From the NCBI GenBank assembly GCA_026388185.1, contig JAPLKG010000008.1, positions 198,184 through 262,183 of the forward strand: a stretch of 64,000 nucleotides of DNA, written 5' to 3'. The stretch comes from Candidatus Eiseniibacteriota bacterium (lineage in GTDB: Bacteria; Eisenbacteria; RBG-16-71-46; JAFGJU01). Both the position numbers and the translations under genes were made by a program. Under the pieces are notes generated by a model that worked only from the letters and a program-made list of their open reading frames with translations, searched no databases and was not told where the DNA came from. The number at the start of each line of letters is the position of its first letter. The first letter of the stretch is position 1. Positions 55,825 through 64,000 of the stretch are shown here, piece by piece.

Positions 55825-56370
55825 TTGAAAAAGGACAACTTCTCAGATATCGCCTACGAGATCGTATATCTGGTGGTTGCATTTCTTCTGCAGGGTTCGA
55901 TCGTCGGCTTCGCGGCGATCGGACCGGTGCGGCCCGATCTCCTTCTGGGTTCCGTCACATACATCGCGCTCCGCAAAGGACCGTTTCATGCAACCGTCGC
56001 AGGTTTCCTGGTGGGTCTCTTTCAGGATCTCAGCTTCGGCGGCGGGCTCGGTTTGAATTCCTTCTGCAAATCAGTGATCGGTTTTGCGGCGGGTCGCGTC
56101 TCCTCGGGTTTGTACAAGGAAAGATATTGGACTCAGGTCGTCGTAATCACCTGCTCCGTTGTGGTTCACGATCTCATCTACTTTGCCATACTTCATCCCG
56201 GCAACATAAGAGAACTGGCTTTCAGCATCCTGAGAGTCTCGATCGGGTCGGCCGTCTACACCGCCTTGGTGTGTTCCGGCTATGACTACCTGATGCAGCG
56301 GATTTTTTCCCGCAAAGAGACGGTCGTACGTGAGACACCAGTCGTTCCTCCCGAGCAGCAAGCATTCTAG
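55825..56370 (+). CDS. mreD: Rod shape-determining protein MreD
   Basis: RPDLLL, AGFLVGLFQDL; position after mreC. Confidence 0.88.
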   Translation: MKKDNFSDIAYEIVYLVVAFLLQGSIVGFAAIGPVRPDLLLGSVTYIALRKGPFHATVAGFLVGLFQDLSFGGGLGLNSFCKSVIGFAAGRVSSGLYKERYWTQVVVITCSVVVHDLIYFAILHPGNIRELAFSILRVSIGSAVYTALVCSGYDYLMQRIFSRKETVVRETPVVPPEQQAF

Positions 56371-58207
56371 GGCGCGAGTACTCCAGACGATAGCGATCGT
56401 TTTGCTCGCCGTCATTGTCGGCAGGCTGTTTTATTTTCAGGTCTGGCACGGCAAGGCCTACGCTGAACAAGCAAGAAACAACAGAGTCAGACTCGAGATG
56501 TTGCCTCGCATACGCGGGAGAGTCCTTGACAGGAACGGGAAGGTCGTTGTCGAGAACACGATGTCGTATTGTCTGCTCTTCGATCCCTTCGAGAAGGAAT
56601 TCGTGTCCAAGAAGATCCAGGTGGACGAAGTGCTCAGGAGCATCTCCAACCTCCTTGCGACGGACGGCGTAGACGAATGGAACGCCTTGGTGCAGAAGGG
56701 TAAGGAGACTCCGTTCAGACCAGTGACACTTCTTCACAATCTCGACATTGCACAGATCTCGATCCTGGAAGAACACCGCGAGGAGCTTCCTGGCACCAGG
56801 ATTGAAGCGCGGCCCAGGCGCTCTTATGAATACGGGGAGCTTGCATGTCATCTCGTCGGTTACATGTCTGAGGTGACGAAAGAGGAGATCAGGACCTGCG
56901 TCGAGGACGTCTACCAGCCCGGAGACATGGTGGGAAGGGTGGGCGTGGAAGGCAGGGAAGAAGAGGATTTGAGGGGCAGGAACGGAAAGGAATACGTTGA
57001 GGTTGATGCACGCGGCCGACGTGTGGAGCCCACTCCTGACAGGCCACCACTCCCGCCGCAAGAGCTTCCTTCGGCAGGAATGGACCTCGTCCTCACGCTT
57101 GACGTGGAACTTCAGAAGGTCGCAGAGGAAGCACTGGGTGAGGGCAGAACCGGTGCGATTGTCGTGATCGACCCCAGAGATGGGGCCATCCTGGCGATGG
57201 TGAGCAAACCCGGGTTCGATCCCAACGTCTTCTCGGTCGGCCTTTCCTCTCAGGACTGGGAGAAGCTGAACTCGGACCCCGAGCACCCATTACTCAACAG
57301 AGTGACGCAGGCTCTCTATCCACCCGGTTCAACGATGAAACTCCTGACCGCAGCCGCGGCTCTGGAGGAGGGTGTCGCAGTGCGTGACACCCAATTGGAG
57401 CCCTGCACAGGTTCCTACAGGTTCGGCAGAAGGAGCTTCGGATGCTGGAGACAGGGAGGTCACGGAAAACTAACTTTCTTTGAAGCCATCGAAGCGTCGT
57501 GCGACGTCTATTTTTACCAGCTCGGCCTCCGCTTGGGCATAGACAAGCTCGCGCGTTATGCAAACAGATTCGGTCTCAACCAGCGTACGGGAATCAAGCT
57601 CGCAGGCGAAAAATCGGGCTTTTACCCAAATACCCAGTGGTACGACCAGAGATACGGGAAGAGAAAATGGGGGAAGGGGGTCCTTCTCAATCTTTCCATC
57701 GGACAGGGTGAGATTCTTGTGACTCCGATTGGGCTTGCCAGTTTATGTGCGGCCGTCGCCAACGGTGGCTACCTCTATGAACCTTACGTCGTTGCCGCCA
57801 GGCGTCCCTACGGGAGTGGGAATGTCTCCTCGACCAGGCCCCTTCGCAAGAAGCCCAGATCGCTCGCCGGACTGTCCAAGAACACGACGGCAATTCTCAA
57901 GGAGGCGATGGAGGCGGTAGTGTCCGGGCCCACCGGGACTGGCAGAATGGCCGCGGTGCAAGGCGTTCGTGTTGCAGGCAAGACGGGTACCGCACAGAAC
58001 CCACACGGCGGGGACCACGCCCTCTTCGTAGGATTCGCTCCGGTCGACAACCCGGAAATAGCGTTTGCAATTGTTGTGGAGAATGCCGGTCACGGCGGCT
58101 CGGTCGCCGCTCCAATTGCGAGAGAGATTGTCAGATTCTATTTCTATGGCCCCGACACGTTGAAGGCAGCTTCTCCGAGTGTGGAGGACACCCTTGCGAC
58201 TGAGTGA
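56330..58207 (+). CDS. mrdA: Penicillin-binding protein 2
   Basis: RGRVLDRNG, PPGSTMK (SxxK), SCD (SxN equivalent), GKTGTAQ. Confidence 0.95.
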   Translation: MRHQSFLPSSKHSRARVLQTIAIVLLAVIVGRLFYFQVWHGKAYAEQARNNRVRLEMLPRIRGRVLDRNGKVVVENTMSYCLLFDPFEKEFVSKKIQVDEVLRSISNLLATDGVDEWNALVQKGKETPFRPVTLLHNLDIAQISILEEHREELPGTRIEARPRRSYEYGELACHLVGYMSEVTKEEIRTCVEDVYQPGDMVGRVGVEGREEEDLRGRNGKEYVEVDARGRRVEPTPDRPPLPPQELPSAGMDLVLTLDVELQKVAEEALGEGRTGAIVVIDPRDGAILAMVSKPGFDPNVFSVGLSSQDWEKLNSDPEHPLLNRVTQALYPPGSTMKLLTAAAALEEGVAVRDTQLEPCTGSYRFGRRSFGCWRQGGHGKLTFFEAIEASCDVYFYQLGLRLGIDKLARYANRFGLNQRTGIKLAGEKSGFYPNTQWYDQRYGKRKWGKGVLLNLSIGQGEILVTPIGLASLCAAVANGGYLYEPYVVAARRPYGSGNVSSTRPLRKKPRSLAGLSKNTTAILKEAMEAVVSGPTGTGRMAAVQGVRVAGKTGTAQNPHGGDHALFVGFAPVDNPEIAFAIVVENAGHGGSVAAPIAREIVRFYFYGPDTLKAASPSVEDTLATE

Positions 58208-59420
58208 GATCGGAAAGAAGGTTGACCTCACATTAATATCGTGTGCTCTGCTTCTTTCGGTCATCGGAGTCGGCCTCATTTACAGTACGGGACAGGGTCC
58301 TCTGTCTGCAGCCAGAACCAGCTTGTACCTAAAACAGCTCGCGTGGCTTGGAGTCGGAATTTTCCTTCTTTCCTCTGCCGCCGCTCTGCCTCTGAGGTTC
58401 TACGACGCGCTTGCTAAATTCGTCTACGTAATCTCGATTCTACTGCTTGTCGGCGTTCTTGCGGTCGGAGAAGTGAGGTTCGGAGCCAGAAGATGGTTTC
58501 AGATCGGGAGCTTTCTTTTCCAGCCCTCGGAGTTTACAAAGATTGCCCTCATACTGCTCATGGCGCGAATCCTTTCCAACAGGAGAACCGATTGGACAAG
58601 ATTCGGAAGCCTCACTCTGCCCGTAGTGCTCACACTGATTCCGATGGCGCTCATAATCAAGCAACCGGACCTTGGGACGGCCGTTTCCTGCATCGCGATT
58701 CTCTTCGGAATGCTCTATTGGGCCGGCGTACCCGCCATCAATCTGGCGGTGCTGCTTCTCCCTCTTGCAAGCATGTTGTGTTCTTTCTGGTGGTGGATTT
58801 GGCTGATCTTCTTTGGAGTGCAGTGGCTCGTTCTTCACTATTCAACGCTTTCCTTTGTTCATTCGGTTTTCGTCATGATCGGCACAAGCGTTGTTGGAGG
58901 GGGCGCGCACGAGGTTTGGAACAAGCTGGAATACTATCAGAAGGAGAGAATAGTCTCCTTCCTGAGCACCGGCGCCAACCAGCTTGGCACCGGCTATCAG
59001 GCGGTCCAATCGAAGATCGCCATCGGATCGGGCGCCGTGCTTGGGAAGGGTTTCCTCAAGGGGACTCAGAAGTCACTTGCTTTTCTTCCTCAACAGCATA
59101 CAGACTTCATCTTCGCCGTGCTCGGCGAAGAATTCGGTTTTGTTGGTTGTTGTGCGGTAGTGTTTCTGTATGCCGTCATAGTCTGGAAGGGCATCTCCAT
59201 CGCCGTGCGCACAAGGAGCAGGTTCGCAAGCCTCATGTGCGTGGGGATAGTGAGTCTCTTGCTCTATCATGGCACGGTGAATATACTGATGACCCTGGGT
59301 CTCGCGCCGGTGACCGGAGTTCCCCTTCCGTTCTTGAGTTACGGGGGCTCCGCCCTGATTACGAGTCTCACCGTGGTGGGGGTCATGGCTGGAATCGCTG
59401 GAAAGGTCTACGAATACTGA
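58179..59420 (+). CDS. rodA: Rod shape-determining protein RodA (SEDS)
   Basis: GARRW, FQPSEF.K, QPDLGT, QSKIAIGSG, HTDFIF, PLPFLSYGGS. Confidence 0.95.
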   Translation: MWRTPLRLSEIGKKVDLTLISCALLLSVIGVGLIYSTGQGPLSAARTSLYLKQLAWLGVGIFLLSSAAALPLRFYDALAKFVYVISILLLVGVLAVGEVRFGARRWFQIGSFLFQPSEFTKIALILLMARILSNRRTDWTRFGSLTLPVVLTLIPMALIIKQPDLGTAVSCIAILFGMLYWAGVPAINLAVLLLPLASMLCSFWWWIWLIFFGVQWLVLHYSTLSFVHSVFVMIGTSVVGGGAHEVWNKLEYYQKERIVSFLSTGANQLGTGYQAVQSKIAIGSGAVLGKGFLKGTQKSLAFLPQQHTDFIFAVLGEEFGFVGCCAVVFLYAVIVWKGISIAVRTRSRFASLMCVGIVSLLLYHGTVNILMTLGLAPVTGVPLPFLSYGGSALITSLTVVGVMAGIAGKVYEY

Positions 59421-59486
59421 GGGACGGCATGCCGGAAAGGCAAGCGCCGATGGCGGTGCCGATCGAGAGAATGGCGGGGAAAACCA

Positions 59487-60266
59487 ATGCATCCTGAGAT
59501 TCTGCACGTGGGGATACTGCATCTGAAGTCGTACGGTCTCGCCCTTACTCTGGCTTTTCTTGTCGGAACGCACATCGCGATGAGGCGTGCGAGAAGAGTG
59601 CAAGTGCCCGAAGACTTGGTAGTGTGGCTTGCCCTGATAGTTCTGTTTCTTGCTGTGGCGGGTTCACGGACCCAGTACGTGGTGACGCACATGAGTGAGT
59701 TTCGGGGGGACGTTGCCGGCGTCTTCATGATTTGGGCGGGTGGGCTCTCGATGTACGGCGGATTGATAGCGGCCGTTATTGGCGGCCTCGTGTTCATCAG
59801 GTGGCAGGGCTATTCAACGTGGAAGGTCGCCGATGTGGTCGCTCCTTCCATCGCGTTGGGCGAAGCCATCACAAGGATAGGTTGCTTCATGAACGGCTGC
59901 TGCTTTGGGACGCCGACGTGCCTGCCTTGGGGGATCGTTTTTCCCGACGATTCGTTCTCGGCGACCGTTTCTTGGGGCACGAGAATTCATCCATCGCAGC
60001 TTTACTTGTCTTGCCTTGCCCTCGTTATCTTTTTCTTTCTCCTCTGGTACGAGAGGAGAAAGAAATTCCAGGGGCAGCTTTTCTGGACGTGCCTCCTCGC
60101 TTTGGCGGTGGCCAGAGTCCTGATCGACTTCACGAGATACTACGACGAGGGCGATTACATAGGCCGGTTGGGAAACCTGCGATTCAACAACAATCAACTT
60201 ATCGCCGCCGGCTTCATCACCGCCTCAATTGTGATGATGCGGATTCTCCGCCGTAGGGCAAGATAG
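59487..60266 (+). CDS. lgt: Prolipoprotein diacylglyceryl transferase
   Basis: SYGL, WAGGLSMYGG, RIGCFMNGCCFG, HPSQLY. Confidence 0.92.
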   Translation: MHPEILHVGILHLKSYGLALTLAFLVGTHIAMRRARRVQVPEDLVVWLALIVLFLAVAGSRTQYVVTHMSEFRGDVAGVFMIWAGGLSMYGGLIAAVIGGLVFIRWQGYSTWKVADVVAPSIALGEAITRIGCFMNGCCFGTPTCLPWGIVFPDDSFSATVSWGTRIHPSQLYLSCLALVIFFFLLWYERRKKFQGQLFWTCLLALAVARVLIDFTRYYDEGDYIGRLGNLRFNNNQLIAAGFITASIVMMRILRRRAR

Positions 60267-60301
60267 CCGGCTTCCTTTCGTTCGGCACGTGGCTGGCCGA
60301 C

Positions 60302-61060
60302 TTGTTCATGGGGGGTGTTGGGATGATGGGAGAGAGAATGTTGGCCACCGCAAGGTCAATCGGGGCGGCGTTTGTCGAGTGTTTCCTACCGCAGTTTTGT
60401 GTACTCTGCGAGACGAGAATCTTCTCAGGTGTAAAGCTCTGTTCGCGCTGTGGAGGCTCGCTCGGGGCCGACCCCGTCTTTTTCTGCCCGCTCTGCCGTT
60501 TCGAAGGGAGAAGAGGAGGGGGCGCAGAGAACGAATCTTGCGCCTGCCGGGAAGAGTCACACAGTTTCATAACTGGACGGGCCGCCGTCAGAGCGAGAGC
60601 AGAGATACTCGATCTCGTCCACAAATTCAAGTACTCCGGGGAAAGAGAGCTTTCATCGGTCCTGGCCCGGCTCATCTTGGATTCGGGCATCGTCGACGAA
60701 GATTTCAGGAATTTTCAGCTCATGTGCCCCGTTCCTCTCTTTCGAGCGAGACTGAGAGAGAGGGGGTTCAATCAGAGCGCGGAAATCGCCAGACAGTTGG
60801 AGGCTCACTCGGGGGTTCCCCTGATCACGGATCTTGTGTCGAAACTACGGCCCACAGCCGAGCAGGCCAAACTGACCGGGGACTCAAGAAGACGTAATCT
60901 GTTGCACAGTTTTGTCGTGGCCAAAGAGAGCGTGGCGTGCGGCAAGAGCGTCATACTCGTAGACGATGTCGTTACTACCGGCTCGACAGTGGCGGCCTGC
61001 GCAGAGGCTCTGAGAGCGTCGGGTGTTCGTAGGGTCCTCGTGGTGGCAATCGCTGCCTAG
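60302..61060 (+). CDS. comF: ComF-family double zinc ribbon/phosphoribosyltransferase protein
   Basis: CxxC pairs, FKY, VPL...R..ERGFNQ, LVDDVVTTGST. Confidence 0.88.
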   Translation: MFMGGVGMMGERMLATARSIGAAFVECFLPQFCVLCETRIFSGVKLCSRCGGSLGADPVFFCPLCRFEGRRGGGAENESCACREESHSFITGRAAVRARAEILDLVHKFKYSGERELSSVLARLILDSGIVDEDFRNFQLMCPVPLFRARLRERGFNQSAEIARQLEAHSGVPLITDLVSKLRPTAEQAKLTGDSRRRNLLHSFVVAKESVACGKSVILVDDVVTTGSTVAACAEALRASGVRRVLVVAIAA

Positions 61061-61358
61061 GAAGCTCTGTGATCGCAGTAGCTGTTTGAGAGCATGCCAC
61101 TGGTGGTAGGGGAGTGGGGCCGCGAGTTCCCGTCGCGGCCGGGCCGGCACCGGCTGATAGTCACGCAACAGTTTACCTGTGAACGCGTTACACGTTTCCG
61201 CTTGAGCAGGGCGAAACAACCTGCTATCATGGGCGAAAGCTTCCAGAAAACCGGGCAGTCTGTGGTTTCTCTAGGTTTCGCTGGTCGGGTCGGGACTTTG
61301 CCGTAAGCCTTTCTCGGTTCAGACTCCCCTTTTTTTTTCGCACGTCCTGTTAGAACAG

Positions 61359-63980
61359 ATGAAAAACTATTCAACGACCCTCGAAGAGCTGATTCTGCCT
61401 CTGGTTCGCAAGCCGGGCAGGTACGTAGGTGAGTTCGTCACCGGCTGTAGGGACATGCCTGCTGGCAAGGAGCTCAAGGTGGCGCTGGTGTTTCCGGACA
61501 CCTGTGAGGTGGGCGTTGCAAACTTGGGGCTGAGGATTCTGGGAGCCGCGCTCAAGGAGGTAGGGGGCGTCTTGCTCGATTATTGTTTTGCGCCCTGGCC
61601 GGACTTTGAAGCTCAACTCAGAGGAAGATGTATCCCTCTCTTATCTCTATGTCACTCGCTTCCGATGAAAGATTTCGACGTGGTCGGGTTCTCGCTTCAA
61701 TACGAGCTTCAGTGTGCCAACGTTCTCAACATGCTTGACCTGGCCGGGATCCCGTTGCTTGCTTCCGAGAGAGACGAGTCTCACCCTCTCGTTGTGGCAG
61801 GCGGAAGCTGCGCCTTGAATCCGGAACCCCTCTCTGACTTCATCGACTGCTTCTCAATTGGTGATGGGGAAGAGACGATAGGCCAGATTTGTTCGATCGT
61901 CAAAGCTCACAAGAAGAGAAGAGACAGCAGGGCGGAAGTCCTCGAAGAGCTCTCGAAGTGCCGCGGCCTTTACGTGCCTTCCTTGTTTTCAATCAGGAGC
62001 GCCGAGGACGGAATGAGCACAAGATGCACTTCCGGGCGGAGCGTGGTGAGAAGCGCCGTCACGAAGAGCATCGAACGTCACGAGCCGATAATTTTCACGC
62101 CCCGCGTGCAGGTGACGCACGACAGGCTCAACGTGGAGGTCATGAGGGGATGCACGCACGGATGCAGGTTCTGCATGGCGGGCTACACGTACAGGCCTGT
62201 TCGCGAGAAGAACGTGAATTCGGTCCTCGGTGAGGCCATCAAGGGTTTTGCGAACGCTGGCCTCGAAGAGATTTCCCTCGTTTCACTTTCGACTCCAGAC
62301 TATTCCGGATTGCCGGAGTTGTTGCCTTTGCTGGACGATGCCTTTGCCGAGAGAGGAGTTGACGTCACGTTACCCTCAATGAGACCCGACACCCTGACGT
62401 TCGAATTGGCAAAGGATCTTGACAGGTTCAAGAAATCGGGGATGACTCTTGCGCCGGAGGCAGGCACGAGGAGACTCAGGGACGTCATAAACAAGGGGAT
62501 GGACGACGAAGAAATAGTGACGGCCATCACCGTCGCTTCAGAATTCGGATGGAATCTGATCAAGCTCTATTTCATGATAGGTCTGCCTACCGAGACCGAG
62601 GAAGACATCCGGGCGATTCCTCGTCTGATTGAGAAGGCCCTGGGAGCGGCCAGAAAAGTGAATCCACGAGCGAGCTTCAACGTCAGCATTTCGCCCTTCA
62701 TACCCAAGGCGCACACTCCCTTTCAGTGGGAAAGGCAAGATTCGCTCGAAGAGATGGCCTCCAAAACCAGAGCAATCGTTGACCCGTTGAGGCGGCTTCC
62801 AATAAAGGTCAGATGGCGGGATCCCGGTGTTTCATTTCTCGAGGGCATCATCGCGCGCGGAGACAGGAGGATCGGGGAGGCGATTCTTCTGGCCTGGAAG
62901 AAGGGGGCAAGGCTCGACGCCTGGTCCGATTTCTTCAGGTTCAATCTGTGGCAAGAAGCTCTCGACGAAAGCGGGCTGAGCACGGAATCCTACACCGGGG
63001 CGAGGTCGACTGACCGGCCCCTTCCCTGGGATCACGTGGAAGTTGTTAGCAGGGAATTCTTGCTCAGGGAGAGAACCGCGGCCTACGAAGGTCGACTGAC
63101 CGAGGACTGCAGGAGAGGCGCCTGCCATTCGTGTGGCGTGCTGGAAGGCACAGGCTTGACTCCGGAGGCGACGTGCTTCGTTTCCACGAAGGAAAACAAA
63201 GCGGAAAGGAAGGCGGGCACTCCCGTGCCGCATTCCGTGGAGTTGAGCGCGGGAGCGGAAGCCCTCACCGGAGGAAAATATAGACTGCAATACGAAAAGA
63301 CGGGGAAGGCCAGATTCCTCTCGCATCTCGACCTCGTGAGGATCTTCACGCGCGCACTCAGAGCTTCGAAACTGCCCGTCGCTTATTCATCAGGCTACAG
63401 AGCCAGACCGCGTGTTTCGTTCGGGCCGCCCCTGCCGCTCGGTTTTGTGAGCAGGAGCGAGTATTTCGACCTGGAGCTTGAAACGGCTCCGCAAGAAGAC
63501 CCCGGAGCGGCGCTGAATCCTTTTCTCCCCGAAGGCATACGCTTTCTGGAATGGAAACGCCTCGCGCCGGGAGAGAGATCCCTTTCGTCCGTCTGCACTC
63601 TGGCAAGATACGACATAGGATTTCCGGAGCACTTCGTGGCCCCGACCGGCATGAGTCTGGAAGAGATAAGCAACCTCCTTTCTGGCGCGAAGGATTACCT
63701 CGCGAAGAAGGGCAAGGTGACTCTTGAGAGGGGAGCGGACTCCAAGCGCCGGGAAATAGAGCTTGCAGGAGCAGTGAAAGAGATAGAACTTTCTCACGGA
63801 AAGCGGCCCGTTCTACAAATGCTGCTTTCAATTCAGGGTACAGATGTGGTAAGACCGGATGAGGTTGTTGGCATACTTCTCGAAGACTTGGGGGACGACA
63901 AGATCGAGAAGAGGTACCTCTCCATAGAGAGGACCGGACTTTACGTGAGTTCCTCCAAAGGTATTCAAACCCCGATGTGA
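61359..63980 (+). CDS. TIGR03960-type radical SAM protein fused to a TIGR03936/DUF2344-type domain
   Basis: KPGRYVG, FPDT.EVG..NLG, RGCTHGCRFC, KLYFMIGLPTET, PLPWDH, CHSCG, then YEKTGKARFLSHLD..AYSSGY..RP..SFG..LPLG. Confidence 0.88.
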   Translation: MKNYSTTLEELILPLVRKPGRYVGEFVTGCRDMPAGKELKVALVFPDTCEVGVANLGLRILGAALKEVGGVLLDYCFAPWPDFEAQLRGRCIPLLSLCHSLPMKDFDVVGFSLQYELQCANVLNMLDLAGIPLLASERDESHPLVVAGGSCALNPEPLSDFIDCFSIGDGEETIGQICSIVKAHKKRRDSRAEVLEELSKCRGLYVPSLFSIRSAEDGMSTRCTSGRSVVRSAVTKSIERHEPIIFTPRVQVTHDRLNVEVMRGCTHGCRFCMAGYTYRPVREKNVNSVLGEAIKGFANAGLEEISLVSLSTPDYSGLPELLPLLDDAFAERGVDVTLPSMRPDTLTFELAKDLDRFKKSGMTLAPEAGTRRLRDVINKGMDDEEIVTAITVASEFGWNLIKLYFMIGLPTETEEDIRAIPRLIEKALGAARKVNPRASFNVSISPFIPKAHTPFQWERQDSLEEMASKTRAIVDPLRRLPIKVRWRDPGVSFLEGIIARGDRRIGEAILLAWKKGARLDAWSDFFRFNLWQEALDESGLSTESYTGARSTDRPLPWDHVEVVSREFLLRERTAAYEGRLTEDCRRGACHSCGVLEGTGLTPEATCFVSTKENKAERKAGTPVPHSVELSAGAEALTGGKYRLQYEKTGKARFLSHLDLVRIFTRALRASKLPVAYSSGYRARPRVSFGPPLPLGFVSRSEYFDLELETAPQEDPGAALNPFLPEGIRFLEWKRLAPGERSLSSVCTLARYDIGFPEHFVAPTGMSLEEISNLLSGAKDYLAKKGKVTLERGADSKRREIELAGAVKEIELSHGKRPVLQMLLSIQGTDVVRPDEVVGILLEDLGDDKIEKRYLSIERTGLYVSSSKGIQTPM

Positions 63981-64000
63981 GTCGGGCGTCGACGTTAGGG

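Overview
Chromosomal window from a diderm bacterium, probably an FCB-associated candidate lineage (inferred from the C25 peptidase with a FlgD-type C-terminal domain, the GWxTD protein and several beta-barrels). In order it holds: the tail of a surface-polysaccharide locus (1-9.8 kb); SPOR, GlmU-like, galT-like and glgA genes; lysC; tRNA-Gly and tRNA-Cys; an HTH gene followed by an unannotated 18-aa Lys-rich peptide; an NTase-like/TPM/LemA operon; and tRNA-Leu(TAA). tRNA-Leu is followed by about 12.4 kb of accessory DNA (19325-31701). This reads as two tandem integrase-less elements that share a 61-bp left-end motif and a 108-bp right-end motif ending in a copy of the tRNA 3' end. The second element carries a promoter, integron-type attC-like sites, lipoprotein/hypothetical cassettes and a ~1650-aa STAND-like NTPase. 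Core genes then resume: GAF histidine kinase, membrane glycosyltransferase, C25 peptidase, gltX with tRNA-Gln/tRNA-Glu, and a TolB-like lipoprotein. Next come a queuosine-precursor transporter coupled to an uncharacterised Cys-rich protein and an HgdC-type ATPase activator, then beta-barrels, GWxTD, NlpC/P60, rhomboid, mreBCD-mrdA-rodA, lgt, a ComF-like gene and a fused TIGR03960/TIGR03936-type radical SAM gene. The best candidates for new biology are the tRNA-anchored cassette islands, the QPTR-activator operon and the small basic peptide. All family calls come from motif recognition by eye; no searches were run.
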